DNA of 64,000 nucleotides, taken from positions 1,120,001 to 1,184,000 of the forward strand of contig OZ250173.1 of NCBI GenBank assembly GCA_965238075.1, in the 5' to 3' direction. Positions 24,049-33,301 of this stretch are shown here, piece by piece. The notes beneath the pieces are model-generated. The model did not search any database, had not been told where the DNA came from, and saw only the letters and a program-made list of their open reading frames with translations. Position numbers and translations under genes: made by a program. The number at the start of each line of letters is the position of its first letter. Position 1 is the stretch's first letter. This DNA comes from Candidatus Entotheonellaceae bacterium (GTDB lineage Bacteria > Tectomicrobia > Entotheonellia > Entotheonellales > Entotheonellaceae).

Positions 24049-24912
24049 ATGCACAAGGGTAAGATCGGGGTCATCGGCGGCAGCGGATTATACGCCATGG
24101 CGGCGCTGGAAAACGTCAGCGAGGAGCGGGTCGAGACGCCCTTTGGGGCGCCGTCCGACGCCTTCATACTCGGCACCCTGGGGGACCGGGAGATGGTCTT
24201 CCTGCCCCGCCACGGGCGCGGTCACCGCATCCCGCCGTCCGCCATCAATTTCCGCGCCAACCTCTACGGCATGAAATTGCTCGGCGTCGAATGGGTCATC
24301 TCCGTCAGCGCCGTCGGCAGCATGCGTGAGGACATCCACCCCGGCGATGTGGTCATCCCGGACCAGTTCTTCGACCGCACCCGCTCGCGCGTCTCCACCT
24401 TTTTCGATACCGACGTAGTCGCGCACATCGCTTTTGCCGACCCCGTCTGCGGCGTCATGGCGCAAGCGCTGCAGCAGGCTGCCGCCACCGCCGGGGCCAC
24501 GGTGCATGTCGGCGGCACCTACTTGTGCATCGAAGGGCCGCAGTTCTCCACCCGCGCCGAATCGCAGATCTACCGGCAGTGGGGCGTGGACGTGATCGGC
24601 ATGACCAACCTGCCCGAGGCGCGCCTAACCCGTGAAGCCGAGTTATGCTACGCTACACTGGCCTTGTGCACCGATTATGACTGCTGGCACGACAGCGCCA
24701 GCGACGTGGACATTAGCGCCATCCTGGAAGTCCTGCGGCGCAACGTGCAGCTCGCCCAGAACATCATCGCGCACACCGCGCCCGCCCTGAAGGGGGAGCG
24801 CACATGCCCGTGCAGCACCGCCTTGCAATACGCCTTGATTACCGACCCGGCGATGATTCCGGCGGCGGCCAAAGAGCGGCTGGGGCTACTGATTGATCGT
24901 TACCTCTCATAA
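24049..24912 (+). CDS. mtnP: S-methyl-5'-thioadenosine phosphorylase
   Basis: GVIGGSGLY, PRHGRGH, EGPQFSTRAES, IGMTNLPEA and TDYDCW motifs. Confidence 0.93.
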   Translation: MHKGKIGVIGGSGLYAMAALENVSEERVETPFGAPSDAFILGTLGDREMVFLPRHGRGHRIPPSAINFRANLYGMKLLGVEWVISVSAVGSMREDIHPGDVVIPDQFFDRTRSRVSTFFDTDVVAHIAFADPVCGVMAQALQQAAATAGATVHVGGTYLCIEGPQFSTRAESQIYRQWGVDVIGMTNLPEARLTREAELCYATLALCTDYDCWHDSASDVDISAILEVLRRNVQLAQNIIAHTAPALKGERTCPCSTALQYALITDPAMIPAAAKERLGLLIDRYLS

Positions 24913-24928
24913 GGAAAGGAATGGCGCT

Positions 24929-26221
24929 GTGACGGATCGGCGTATGGACACCTCCGCAGAGCTCTTCGAGCAGGCACAGCAGATCATCCCCGGCGGCGTC
25001 AACAGCCCGGTGCGGGCGTACAAGTCGGTCAACCTGAAGCCGCCCTTCATCCAACGCGCCAAGGGCTCGCGGGTCTACGACGTGGACGGCAATGCCTACA
25101 TCGACTACGTGGGCTCGTGGGGTCCGATGATCTTGGGGCACGCCCACCCGGAGGTGGTGGCAGCCGTTCAGGCCGCCGCCGCCGAGGGCTGCAGCTTCGG
25201 AGCGCCTACGGCGCGCGAGGTTCAATTGGCGCGGCTAATCGTCGAAGCGTTTCCGTCTATCGACATGGTGCGCCTGGTCAATTCCGGCACCGAGGCGACG
25301 ATGAGCGCCATCCGCCTGGCGCGCGGCTTCACCGGGCGTGACAGCATCCTCAAGTTTGCCGGCTGCTACCACGGCCACGCCGACAGCCTCCTGGTGAAGG
25401 CCGGCTCGGGCGCCATGACCTTCGGGGTGCCCGACAGCCCCGGCGTGCCCGCTGACCTCGCCCGCCACACCCTCACCATGCCGTTCAACGATCTTGACGC
25501 CGTGCGCGCGGTGCTGGAGCAGAACTCCGGCAAGGTGGCGTGCGCCATCGTCGAGCCGGCCGTCGGCAACATGGGGCTGGTACCGCCGGAGCCCGGCTTC
25601 CTGCAAGGACTGCGCGACCTGACGCGCCAGCACGACGCGCTGTTGATCCTCGACGAAGTGATGACCGGCTTCCGGGTGGCCTACGGCGGCGTGCAGACCC
25701 TGTACGACATCGACCCCGACCTGACCACCCTGGGCAAAGTGATCGGCGGCGGCCTGCCCGTTGGTGCCTACGGCGGCAAGCGGGAAATCATGGAGCACAT
25801 GTCGCCGGTCGGGCCGATCTACCAGGCCGGCACGCTGTCCGGCAACCCCTTGGCCATGGCCGCCGGCATCACCACCCTGGAGATTCTGCGCGCCGAGCCG
25901 CCCTACGCAGCCCTGGGCGAGCGCGCCGCCTATCTGATGGACGAGACCGCCAAGGCCGCCCGTCAGCACGGGGTGCCAGTCTACACCACGGCCCTGGGCT
26001 CGATGTTCACGCTCTTTTTCAGCGCCAAGCCGGTGCGCAACTTCGACGACGCCAGCGCCTGCGACGTGCCCGCCTTTCGCCGCTACTTCGCCGCCATGCT
26101 GCAAGCCGGCATCTACCTGGCGCCCTCGCAGTACGAGGCCGGCTTCCTGTCCACGGCGCACTCCGACGCCGACATCGAAGCCACCCTGCGCGCCGGCGCC
26201 GCGGCCTTGCAGGGCCTGTAG
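24929..26221 (+). CDS. hemL: Glutamate-1-semialdehyde 2,1-aminomutase
   Basis: IPGGVNSPVR, VNSGTEATMSA, YHGHAD, DEVMTGFR and LGKVIGGGLP motifs; start may be 24944. Confidence 0.96.
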   Translation: MTDRRMDTSAELFEQAQQIIPGGVNSPVRAYKSVNLKPPFIQRAKGSRVYDVDGNAYIDYVGSWGPMILGHAHPEVVAAVQAAAAEGCSFGAPTAREVQLARLIVEAFPSIDMVRLVNSGTEATMSAIRLARGFTGRDSILKFAGCYHGHADSLLVKAGSGAMTFGVPDSPGVPADLARHTLTMPFNDLDAVRAVLEQNSGKVACAIVEPAVGNMGLVPPEPGFLQGLRDLTRQHDALLILDEVMTGFRVAYGGVQTLYDIDPDLTTLGKVIGGGLPVGAYGGKREIMEHMSPVGPIYQAGTLSGNPLAMAAGITTLEILRAEPPYAALGERAAYLMDETAKAARQHGVPVYTTALGSMFTLFFSAKPVRNFDDASACDVPAFRRYFAAMLQAGIYLAPSQYEAGFLSTAHSDADIEATLRAGAAALQGL

Positions 26222-26225
26222 GAAT

Positions 26226-26257
26226 GCAGGTGGGATTAGCCGCAGGCGTAATCCGAC
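26226..26257 (+). repeat. Single GTAG-family REP copy
   Basis: gcaggtgggattagccgcaggcgtaatccgac, same family as 23913. Confidence 0.7.
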
Positions 26258-26280
26258 ATCCCAATTGGAGGACACCAACG

Positions 26281-26643
26281 ATGCGTGGCGCCCCGATGAC
26301 ATCCTCGGGCATGGACTCCGAAGCCCCCAGGAGCGGCGTCATACGTCAGATTTTCACCGCGCCCTGGCTGTGTATCGCCCTGATCCTCAGCGGTATCTTT
26401 ATCCTGGGCATGATGGCGCTGGCCATCCACAGCGAAAAGGGCTTCCTCGCCATGTGGGAAAAGCAGCACGAGCTCGCCGTGCTGGAAAGCGACATCGCCG
26501 ACGTCGAGGCAGTAAACGCCGAGTTGCACGGCGAGATCTGGCGTCTGCTGAACGATCTGGAGTACATCGAGAAGATTGCCCGCGAGGAACTTCGGCTGGT
26601 GCGTCCCGGCGAGGTAGTGTTTGAGTTCGCCGACGAGCCGTAG
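26281..26643 (+). CDS. ftsB: Septum formation initiator FtsB/DivIC
   Basis: TM segment, coiled coil, YIEKIAREELRLVRPGEVVF; GGAGGA RBS. Confidence 0.85.
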   Translation: MRGAPMTSSGMDSEAPRSGVIRQIFTAPWLCIALILSGIFILGMMALAIHSEKGFLAMWEKQHELAVLESDIADVEAVNAELHGEIWRLLNDLEYIEKIAREELRLVRPGEVVFEFADEP

Positions 26644-26752
26644 AATTCAAAGCCGCGCGCACAATTGGTCAGGGAATTCCCCATGAGGCGAAGCGGTTTT
26701 AAGGGAGAGCCTCCGTAGAGGGGGCCGGAAACAAGAAACAGGGAGGAAAAAT

Positions 26753-27226
26753 ATGGCACTGCTAAGAAAGAGGAACGGTTGGCAGGCGGTGCTTGGGATT
26801 CTGATCGTTGTCAGCCTGCTGGCGCCGGTAACGGCCATGGCCGTCAAGCCGATCAATACCAGCCTGCTGAGGGGGGCGATCAAAGGGTATGACCCGGTGG
26901 CCTATTTCACTCAGAGCGAACCGGTGAAGGGCAGGGGCGCCCACAGCTACGCGTGGATGGGCGCCACCTGGTACTTTGCCAGCGCGGACAACAGGGCGTT
27001 GTTCGCGGGCGACCCGGAGAAATATGCGCCCCAATACGGCGGCTACTGCGCCTACGCAGTGAGCCAGGGCTATACCGCCAAGATCGACCCGGATGCTTGG
27101 AGAATTGTCGACGACAAGCTCTACCTGAACTTCAGCCTCAAGGTGCAGAAGATCTGGGAGAAGGACATCCCCGGATACATCGCCAAGGCTGACGTGAATT
27201 GGCCGCAGATCCTGAGCGGAAATTAA
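26753..27226 (+). CDS. Secreted YHS-domain protein (Cys form)
   Basis: Signal peptide, AIKGYDPVAYF, YAPQYGGYCAYAV and KLYLN motifs. Confidence 0.88.
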   Translation: MALLRKRNGWQAVLGILIVVSLLAPVTAMAVKPINTSLLRGAIKGYDPVAYFTQSEPVKGRGAHSYAWMGATWYFASADNRALFAGDPEKYAPQYGGYCAYAVSQGYTAKIDPDAWRIVDDKLYLNFSLKVQKIWEKDIPGYIAKADVNWPQILSGN

Positions 27227-27284
27227 TCCCACCTTACCCTCTCCGGCGAGGCGCCACTCCTTGGCGCGCCTGCCGGAGAGCCCT

Positions 27285-28628
27285 TCACCGACGGGCCAGC
27301 ATGCGGACGCCGATCAACGACTCCACCGTGCCTGTCGCCAACACCTCCAGAAACGCTTTCCCCGATGAGCATACCTTGACGTGACCGACCAGCTCCGTGG
27401 GCAGCGCCCCGAGCGACGCCCCGGTGTCGCCGCCGCCGACGAGAACGTGGGCGTTTCTCGCCTGCGCCGCATAGGCGGCATAGCGCAGAATTTCATCGTT
27501 GCCGCGCGCAAAACTCGGCCACTCGTAGCGGCCCATAGGGCCATTCATGACCAGCGTGTTGGCCAGCGCGATCTCGCACGTGTACCGCGTGATCGTTTGC
27601 AGACCGATGTCGCCGATGTGGCGGGGGTCGCTCCGATCAATCCGGCTCGCCGGTAGCTCGGCTCGCTCCACTGCAGATCCCTGCTGCGGCCCCAAGGCAA
27701 CGTCGACCGGCACTCTGATCTTGTCGCCGCCAAAGTCGTCCATCAAGGCGCGTGCCTTGGCGAGGGTCTGCGACAGGTCACGGGTGACGGCAGCAATGTT
27801 CGTCTCCGTCTGTTCGTTGAGTTGAATCCCTTGCGCCTGCAACAACACCAAGCCGACGAGCCCGCCCGTAATGACCGTGTCCGCCTTTCCCTGCTCCAGG
27901 AAAACCTGCATGCTGCTGAGCGAGTCATCGACCTTGGCGCCGCCGACGATCAGCAGCATGGGGGCTTTGGGCGACTCCAGGGCCTGCGACAATTGCTCAA
28001 TCTCACGCATTACGACCGGCCCCGCATAGAGCGGTCCCAAGGCCGCCAGACCCACCACCGAAGCCTGGGCGCGGTGCCCGACCGAGAAGCCGTCCAGCGC
28101 CACGACGCGATTGTCCACCTCGGCAAGCATACGGATCAGGGGGGTATCGGCGAAAGCCGCCGGCTGGTCTCCCTGCACCCGTGATTCCGCTTCGCTGAAG
28201 CGCACGTTTTCGAGCAGCAGCACCGTGCGCTCCGGCAGGCTGCGGATGCGCGTCAGGACAGTGTCAGACGCCACCGCCTCTTCGCCCAGTTGTCCAATGG
28301 TTTCGCTGTCGGATCCTTCCCACACATAGGCCGTCTCAATTCCTTTCGAGCGTAGTTTGCCGCGGCAGTATACGAAGTGCGGCAACAACGTCGTGCAATC
28401 GTCCCTTCCCGGCCGGCCCTGGTGCGCCAGCAGTACAATGTTGCGCGGCGGCCTGGGCAATTCGAACAGGGGCATGATCGACGTATCCAGATGATCGTCA
28501 ATCCGCGTCGTATCCCGCAGCACAAGGCCCTCGCGCGCCTCCTCGACGGGTGAATTGAAGTCCACGCGCATGATCAAGGTCTTGCCCGCGAGGTCGGCCT
28601 TGTTCAGCGCCACATAAGGTACGGCCAT
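27285..28628 (-). CDS. pgk: Divergent phosphoglycerate kinase (archaeal-like)
   Basis: RVDFNSP, AHQGRPG, LLENVRF, GGAKVDD, NGPMGRYE and GGGDT motifs. Confidence 0.8.
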   Translation of the reverse strand: MAVPYVALNKADLAGKTLIMRVDFNSPVEEAREGLVLRDTTRIDDHLDTSIMPLFELPRPPRNIVLLAHQGRPGRDDCTTLLPHFVYCRGKLRSKGIETAYVWEGSDSETIGQLGEEAVASDTVLTRIRSLPERTVLLLENVRFSEAESRVQGDQPAAFADTPLIRMLAEVDNRVVALDGFSVGHRAQASVVGLAALGPLYAGPVVMREIEQLSQALESPKAPMLLIVGGAKVDDSLSSMQVFLEQGKADTVITGGLVGLVLLQAQGIQLNEQTETNIAAVTRDLSQTLAKARALMDDFGGDKIRVPVDVALGPQQGSAVERAELPASRIDRSDPRHIGDIGLQTITRYTCEIALANTLVMNGPMGRYEWPSFARGNDEILRYAAYAAQARNAHVLVGGGDTGASLGALPTELVGHVKVCSSGKAFLEVLATGTVESLIGVRMLARR

Positions 28629-28734
28629 ACGATCTGTCTTCCTCCTGATTGGTCTTGCCCGTACAGGTCAAAAAAGCGTTTGCACGGGCCGGGCGAGCAC
28701 CCGCGCAAACGCCATCCATCATCGCCGGGGGCGA

Positions 28735-30243
28735 CTACACTTGCACGAAGCCGTAAGCGGCGTTGCTGCGATTGCGGTAGAAGCCGCCGGACTGGTGATA
28801 TTCCTCCCTGATCTGCGCGTAGGTGTCCTGCGAGATCGGTCCGCGGGCGGTGCGCAGGTCGAGGCCGAACATCTTGGCCGAGTTGAGGCCGAAGATGGCG
28901 TTCTTGACCATCGAGTCCGCGGCCCCCAAGGGCGCGAAGCCGTGCTTGCGCTGGAGGTCCTCGGGGATTTCCAGGCGCCGCAGCGCCTCGATTTCCCACT
29001 GCGGCGAGCCGTAGAACGGCGCCTCGCTGCCCCAGATGACGTGCTCCGCCCCCATGCCCTTGATGAGGGTGCCCACCAGGCCCGCGGCCAGACGCGGGTG
29101 CGTGACGCAGCAGTTGGCGAACACCGTGCCCAGCTCGGCATACACGTTGCTCACGCCGTATTCCTCGGGAATCCTGGCGAGGTCGGTGGCCCAGCGAATC
29201 TCCCCGGTCTGCTCGAAGAGCTCGAGCTGCGGGTCGGGAAGCTCCAGGAATGGCTGGCACGCCGAGTGATAGATGATGAAGTTCAACTGCGGCCAATCCT
29301 TCGCCACCTTGCCCACGTCCCACGGGGTGGCGTACTGCCAGGTACCGGCGCGGCTCTGCATGAAGTCCAGCGGCAGCAGGCCCTTGTGCACCGCCACGTT
29401 GGTGATGCCGGCCTTCACCATCTTTTCGTAGGTGCCGTACATCAGCTTCTCGTCATCAAGCCGCCAGGGGTAATTCGAGGTGCCGAACGGGTCGCCGATG
29501 GTGTACAGCTTCCAGGCGTCCGGCTTATGCACTGCGATGGCCTCGTCCACTTCCTCTTCCCAGCCGGCTTGCGTCGGCCGCAGCACCGCGTGGCTCAGCA
29601 TGCGCCGGCTGCCGCTGATGCTGTTGACGATATCACGGGCGCGCACCATCTGGTCGTTGTGAACCAGGATCCAGGTAGGATCGTCGAAGGGAGCGCCCGA
29701 CAGCAACGCAACGTCGGTATCGCTGTCGACGAAAATCTCCTTCACGTAGTTCTCGAACTTGACCATCCACAGTTCCTGGTGGTCCGGGTCGAGCAGTTCG
29801 TTATTCGGGTTCCAGTGCGTGCCGGCAAATTTGCGCAAGCCCAGGGCCTCCTCGTGCATGAAGTCGTCGCGCACGAAATGGGTCTGGGCATCGAAAATGA
29901 ACTGGTGCTTCAGGCCCTCGGCGCGGGCCATCACCACCTCGGGGTCGGCAGCCTCGGCCTGATCCACCGTGAACACCGGCCCGAACACGTCGTTCAGCGC
30001 CAGGAACGCCGCCGCCATGCCGCAGCTCGAACGCAGGAATTCGCGCCGATCCATGCCTAGCTTCTTGCCATAGGTATCGGCCAAATCCTGGATTCTGGCC
30101 TCGAACTGCCCCTGCTTCTCCGTCTGCGGCAGGGGGTCGAACTCACCGTTGGAAATGATGCGGGTGGGAATGGGAGAACGAAGATCCTCGCGCTCCGCGT
30201 GCTGAAGTTTGTCCAGTTCCTCTTTGCTCAGAAAGTATGCCAT
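28735..30243 (-). CDS. Amidohydrolase_2-family protein with internal twin-arginine motif
   Basis: FDAQTHF, WKLYT, VHKGL, IIYHS, VYAELG and WGSE motifs; real start MAYFLS at 30243. Confidence 0.85.
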   Translation of the reverse strand: MAYFLSKEELDKLQHAEREDLRSPIPTRIISNGEFDPLPQTEKQGQFEARIQDLADTYGKKLGMDRREFLRSSCGMAAAFLALNDVFGPVFTVDQAEAADPEVVMARAEGLKHQFIFDAQTHFVRDDFMHEEALGLRKFAGTHWNPNNELLDPDHQELWMVKFENYVKEIFVDSDTDVALLSGAPFDDPTWILVHNDQMVRARDIVNSISGSRRMLSHAVLRPTQAGWEEEVDEAIAVHKPDAWKLYTIGDPFGTSNYPWRLDDEKLMYGTYEKMVKAGITNVAVHKGLLPLDFMQSRAGTWQYATPWDVGKVAKDWPQLNFIIYHSACQPFLELPDPQLELFEQTGEIRWATDLARIPEEYGVSNVYAELGTVFANCCVTHPRLAAGLVGTLIKGMGAEHVIWGSEAPFYGSPQWEIEALRRLEIPEDLQRKHGFAPLGAADSMVKNAIFGLNSAKMFGLDLRTARGPISQDTYAQIREEYHQSGGFYRNRSNAAYGFVQV

Positions 30244-30483
30244 TTCCCGTCTCCCTATTTTCCAAAAGATGGTGAATCGTACTGAGGGGCGGCATCTTAA
30301 GGGATACGCGAGGTGGTGTCCATGAGGAGGAATTCGAGAGTCGGAAAGCGGGCGCGGGTGGCTGTCCTGGCGCTCTTGACCGCCTTGTAACGGGGGGATG
30401 GCCTGTGGCATCATGCCGTTCCCTGTTGGAGGCTTCGGAGACAAAAACCGGCCCGTTTTTTGCGGCTTGCAAGGAGGGTTATC

Positions 30484-31692
30484 GTGCCTGGTCCCCTGGA
30501 CGGTATTCGCGTCATCGACGTCACCACGGTCCTGCTTGGCCCCTACGCCACCCAGATTCTGGGGGACATGGGGGCCGACGTGATCAAGGTGGAAGCACCG
30601 CCCACGGGTGACATCGCGCGCGACATGGGCACGGTGCGCCGCGCCGGCATGGGCGGCATCTATCTCAACGCCAATCGCAACAAGCGTTCGCTGGCCCTCG
30701 ATCTGAAGCAGGAAGCGGGCTGCGAGGTGCTGCGCCGCCTGATTCCGACCGCGGACGTGTTCGTGCACAACATGCGTCCGCAGGCCATCGAACGCCTCGG
30801 TTTCGGTTACACGGCGGTGGCGAGGCTGAAGCCGGACGTGGTGTACGTCGGGGCGTACGGATTCGGGCAGGACGGCCCGTACCGCGACAAGCCCGCTTAC
30901 GACGACGCAATCCAGGCCGCCTCGGGCTTGGCCAGCCTGTTCAAGCGGCAGGACGGAGAGGCGCGCTACGTGCCTTCCACCATCGCCGATAAGATTGTCG
31001 GATTGACGCTCAGCCAAGCGGTGGCCATGGCGCTGGTGCACAGGGAGCGGACGGGAGAAGGGCAGTCCGTCGAGGTCCCCATGCTGGAAACGATGGTGGC
31101 GTTCAATCTGATGGAGCACCTCGACGGCTGTGCCTATGAACCGCCCATGGCTCCGCTTGGCTACCAACGGGTGTTGACGCCGGCACGGCGGCCATTTCCG
31201 ACCCGCGACGGCCATGTGTGCATCCTGCCGTACAGCGACAAACAGTGGCGCGGATTCTTCAACGCTGTTGGGTGCCCGGAGTTGATGGAAGAGCCGCGCT
31301 TCGCCACCTACCGGGCGCGGGTGACGAGCGTCGACGACCTGTACGGCTTCGTCGCCAGTGTTACGCCGCAGAAGACCACCGCCGAGTGGGTGGCGATATG
31401 CGAAGAGGCCCAGATTCCCTGCATGCCGGTCGTCGATCTCGAGGACCTGATGCAGGACGAACATCTGCTGGCCGTCGGCATGTTCGAGAAGCACCACCAC
31501 CCAAGCGAGGGCGATACCCTGCTGGTGCGTCCGCCGGTCAAATTTTCAAAATCCCCGGGCAGCATCCGCAGCCACGCACCGCGCTTCGGCGAGCACGGGG
31601 TCGAGATTGCATACCAGCTGGGCTACAGCGCGGCGGACATCGCGGCGATGCAGGCGTCGGGCGCCCTGATCGCGGACGGCGGCAACGCGTAG
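30484..31692 (+). CDS. CaiB/BaiF family III CoA-transferase
   Basis: LDGIRVIDVT, GADVIKVE, NRNKRS and AYDDAIQA (catalytic Asp); AAGGAGG RBS before GTG 30484. Confidence 0.92.
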   Translation: MPGPLDGIRVIDVTTVLLGPYATQILGDMGADVIKVEAPPTGDIARDMGTVRRAGMGGIYLNANRNKRSLALDLKQEAGCEVLRRLIPTADVFVHNMRPQAIERLGFGYTAVARLKPDVVYVGAYGFGQDGPYRDKPAYDDAIQAASGLASLFKRQDGEARYVPSTIADKIVGLTLSQAVAMALVHRERTGEGQSVEVPMLETMVAFNLMEHLDGCAYEPPMAPLGYQRVLTPARRPFPTRDGHVCILPYSDKQWRGFFNAVGCPELMEEPRFATYRARVTSVDDLYGFVASVTPQKTTAEWVAICEEAQIPCMPVVDLEDLMQDEHLLAVGMFEKHHHPSEGDTLLVRPPVKFSKSPGSIRSHAPRFGEHGVEIAYQLGYSAADIAAMQASGALIADGGNA

Positions 31693-31757
31693 CGCGGGTG
31701 CCTTCCCCATCCATCGCCAACCGGAACCGAGTTCCGGAAATTTGTAGAGGCGGCCGT

Positions 31758-32091
31758 ATGACGCAAGCGACCGATGCGCTTCTCGACAAGATGGTTAAAG
31801 CCATCGTGGATGAGGTGGACCCGGAACAGGTGATCCTGTTCGGCTCCCGCGCGCGGCGATGCGGCAGCGGACTCGGATATGGACTTGGTTGTCGTGGAGA
31901 TTCAGCCCTTTGGGGCCGGCAGGGACCGCCGCGCCGAAGCCGTTCGCCTATGGCGCGCCTTGGCGGCCTTCGACATGCCGACGGACCTGCTGGTTTACAG
32001 CCGCGATGAGGTGGCGTATTGGCGTGATTCCCGCAACCACGTCCTGGCGCGCGCGTTGCGTGAGGGCAAGATCCTCTATAAGCGACCCTAA
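31758..32091 (+). pseudogene. Minimal nucleotidyltransferase (MNT antitoxin), frameshifted
   Basis: VILFGSRAR then GDAAADSDMDLVVV in another frame; apparent 2-nt loss in the CG run at 31847-31855. Confidence 0.85.
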
Positions 32092-32276
32092 GCCGGGCCG
32101 CCTACTGTTGGCAGCAGCGGAACGGGACCTTACCGCTCTTCGCGGCATGGAGGATGCTATCGTTTTCGCGGATGAGATTTTCGGCCTTCATGTGCAACAG
32201 GCGGTCGAAAAACTGTTCAAGGCGTGGCTTGCGTTGCTCGGCGAGACCTACCCGACGACTCACAATCTGGCGAGAC
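32078..32276 (+). pseudogene. HEPN-domain toxin, start codon ATA and 3' truncated
   Basis: SDPKPGRLLLAAAERDL...FGLHVQQAVEKLFKAWL...YPTTHNL; overlaps the MNT end; cut after THNLAR. Confidence 0.8.
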
Positions 32277-33248
32277 GGCGAGAACACCTTCACGTGGACG
32301 CACTCCGGTATCACCGAGTACCTGGCGAACCAGTGGTCCAAGGTCGCGGCAGGCAGCCAGTGAGAAAACACCAAGATCTGGCCACAATGACTGGCCGGAA
32401 CCGGCCTCGGTCTGAGGCTGCACGACATGCTTTACGGAAGCGACCTGCACCGGGTGTTCCACAATTGGTGGGAGCACGCCAAGGAGTTGTACGGGCTGGG
32501 AGCAATCCAGGGCAAGGCCACCGACCGCTCGACGTTGTACTACGACCCGCTGGTGGCCTATCATCACATGACCAAGGCGGGTGGGCATCTGCTGTTGTCG
32601 CACGAGCTGATCAGGCAGAAGCCCGCCGAGGCGCGGCGGCTGTTCGACGGGGCCGCCGAGTTCCTGGGCTGGCGCAGTCTTGAGCCGCTCCGGGAAGCAT
32701 CGGTGGATTACACCACCCTGAAGGGCGAGCCCTCCGGCACCATTCGCGGCCTGACGTTGTAGCGGGAGTTCGGCGAGGACGCCATCTACCCCAAGCTGAA
32801 AGCCTATGCCGAGGCCAACTACGAGCCCGCTTGGGACCGCGAAAGCGGCGAATTTACCGGGGGCTTCGGTTTGAACGAGTGGTATCCTCGCGGGCAGTAT
32901 AACGGCAGCATCGCGGTGCACGAGGCCGGCGGCCCGGGGGCGTTTTGGCGTTTGTACCATGAACCGAATCTGAGGAAGTTCATCGAGCCGACGGTTTATG
33001 GGGTGGATTTTCCAGACGTCTGCCTGTCGCAGGCGTGGTACGATGCCGGTCGGCGTACGCTCGTCGTATCCACGGACGCTGGGCTGTCGCGCGCGGCGGG
33101 CAGCGCGACGTCGTTCCGGGTTCAGAACATTGGGCGTAACGTGCGGGTTCTGATCGACGACCGGCCCTCAGAGCAATGGGCGATCGTCGATGGGGAATTG
33201 GAAATCACCACGACGATCGGGGAGCACACGATTCTCATTTCGCACTAA
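32271..33248 (+). pseudogene. Linalool dehydratase/isomerase-like gene, 5' truncated, with in-frame TGA, TGA and TAG
   Basis: One frame joins three predicted ORFs; GSQ*ENTKIWPQ*LAGTGLGLRLHDMLYGSD parallels the LDI motif CEPDNYFVQC...YDRLHGTD (from recall). Confidence 0.7.
32402..32420 (+). promoter_or_regulatory. Putative bacterial SECIS hairpin
   Basis: cggcctc-ggtct-gaggctg stem-loop; loop starts 19 nt after TGA 32388-32390. Confidence 0.4.
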
Positions 33249-33301
33249 ATCCCCGCGCGGCCAAGGACGGCGGGACTCATCACTTAAAGGAGGCAACATA
33301 G

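Noticed and set aside
28735-31500. 921-aa minus-strand ORF
   Set aside because: The upstream part is antisense to the CoA-transferase; the real gene starts at 30243
31859-32683. 274-aa ORF as an intact HEPN fusion
   Set aside because: Only ~65 codons are HEPN-like; the flanks are off-frame readings of the MNT and LDI-like genes
32760-32762. TAG as a pyrrolysine codon
   Set aside because: It aligns to a small non-catalytic residue and no pyl genes are seen; simple nonsense decay is more likely
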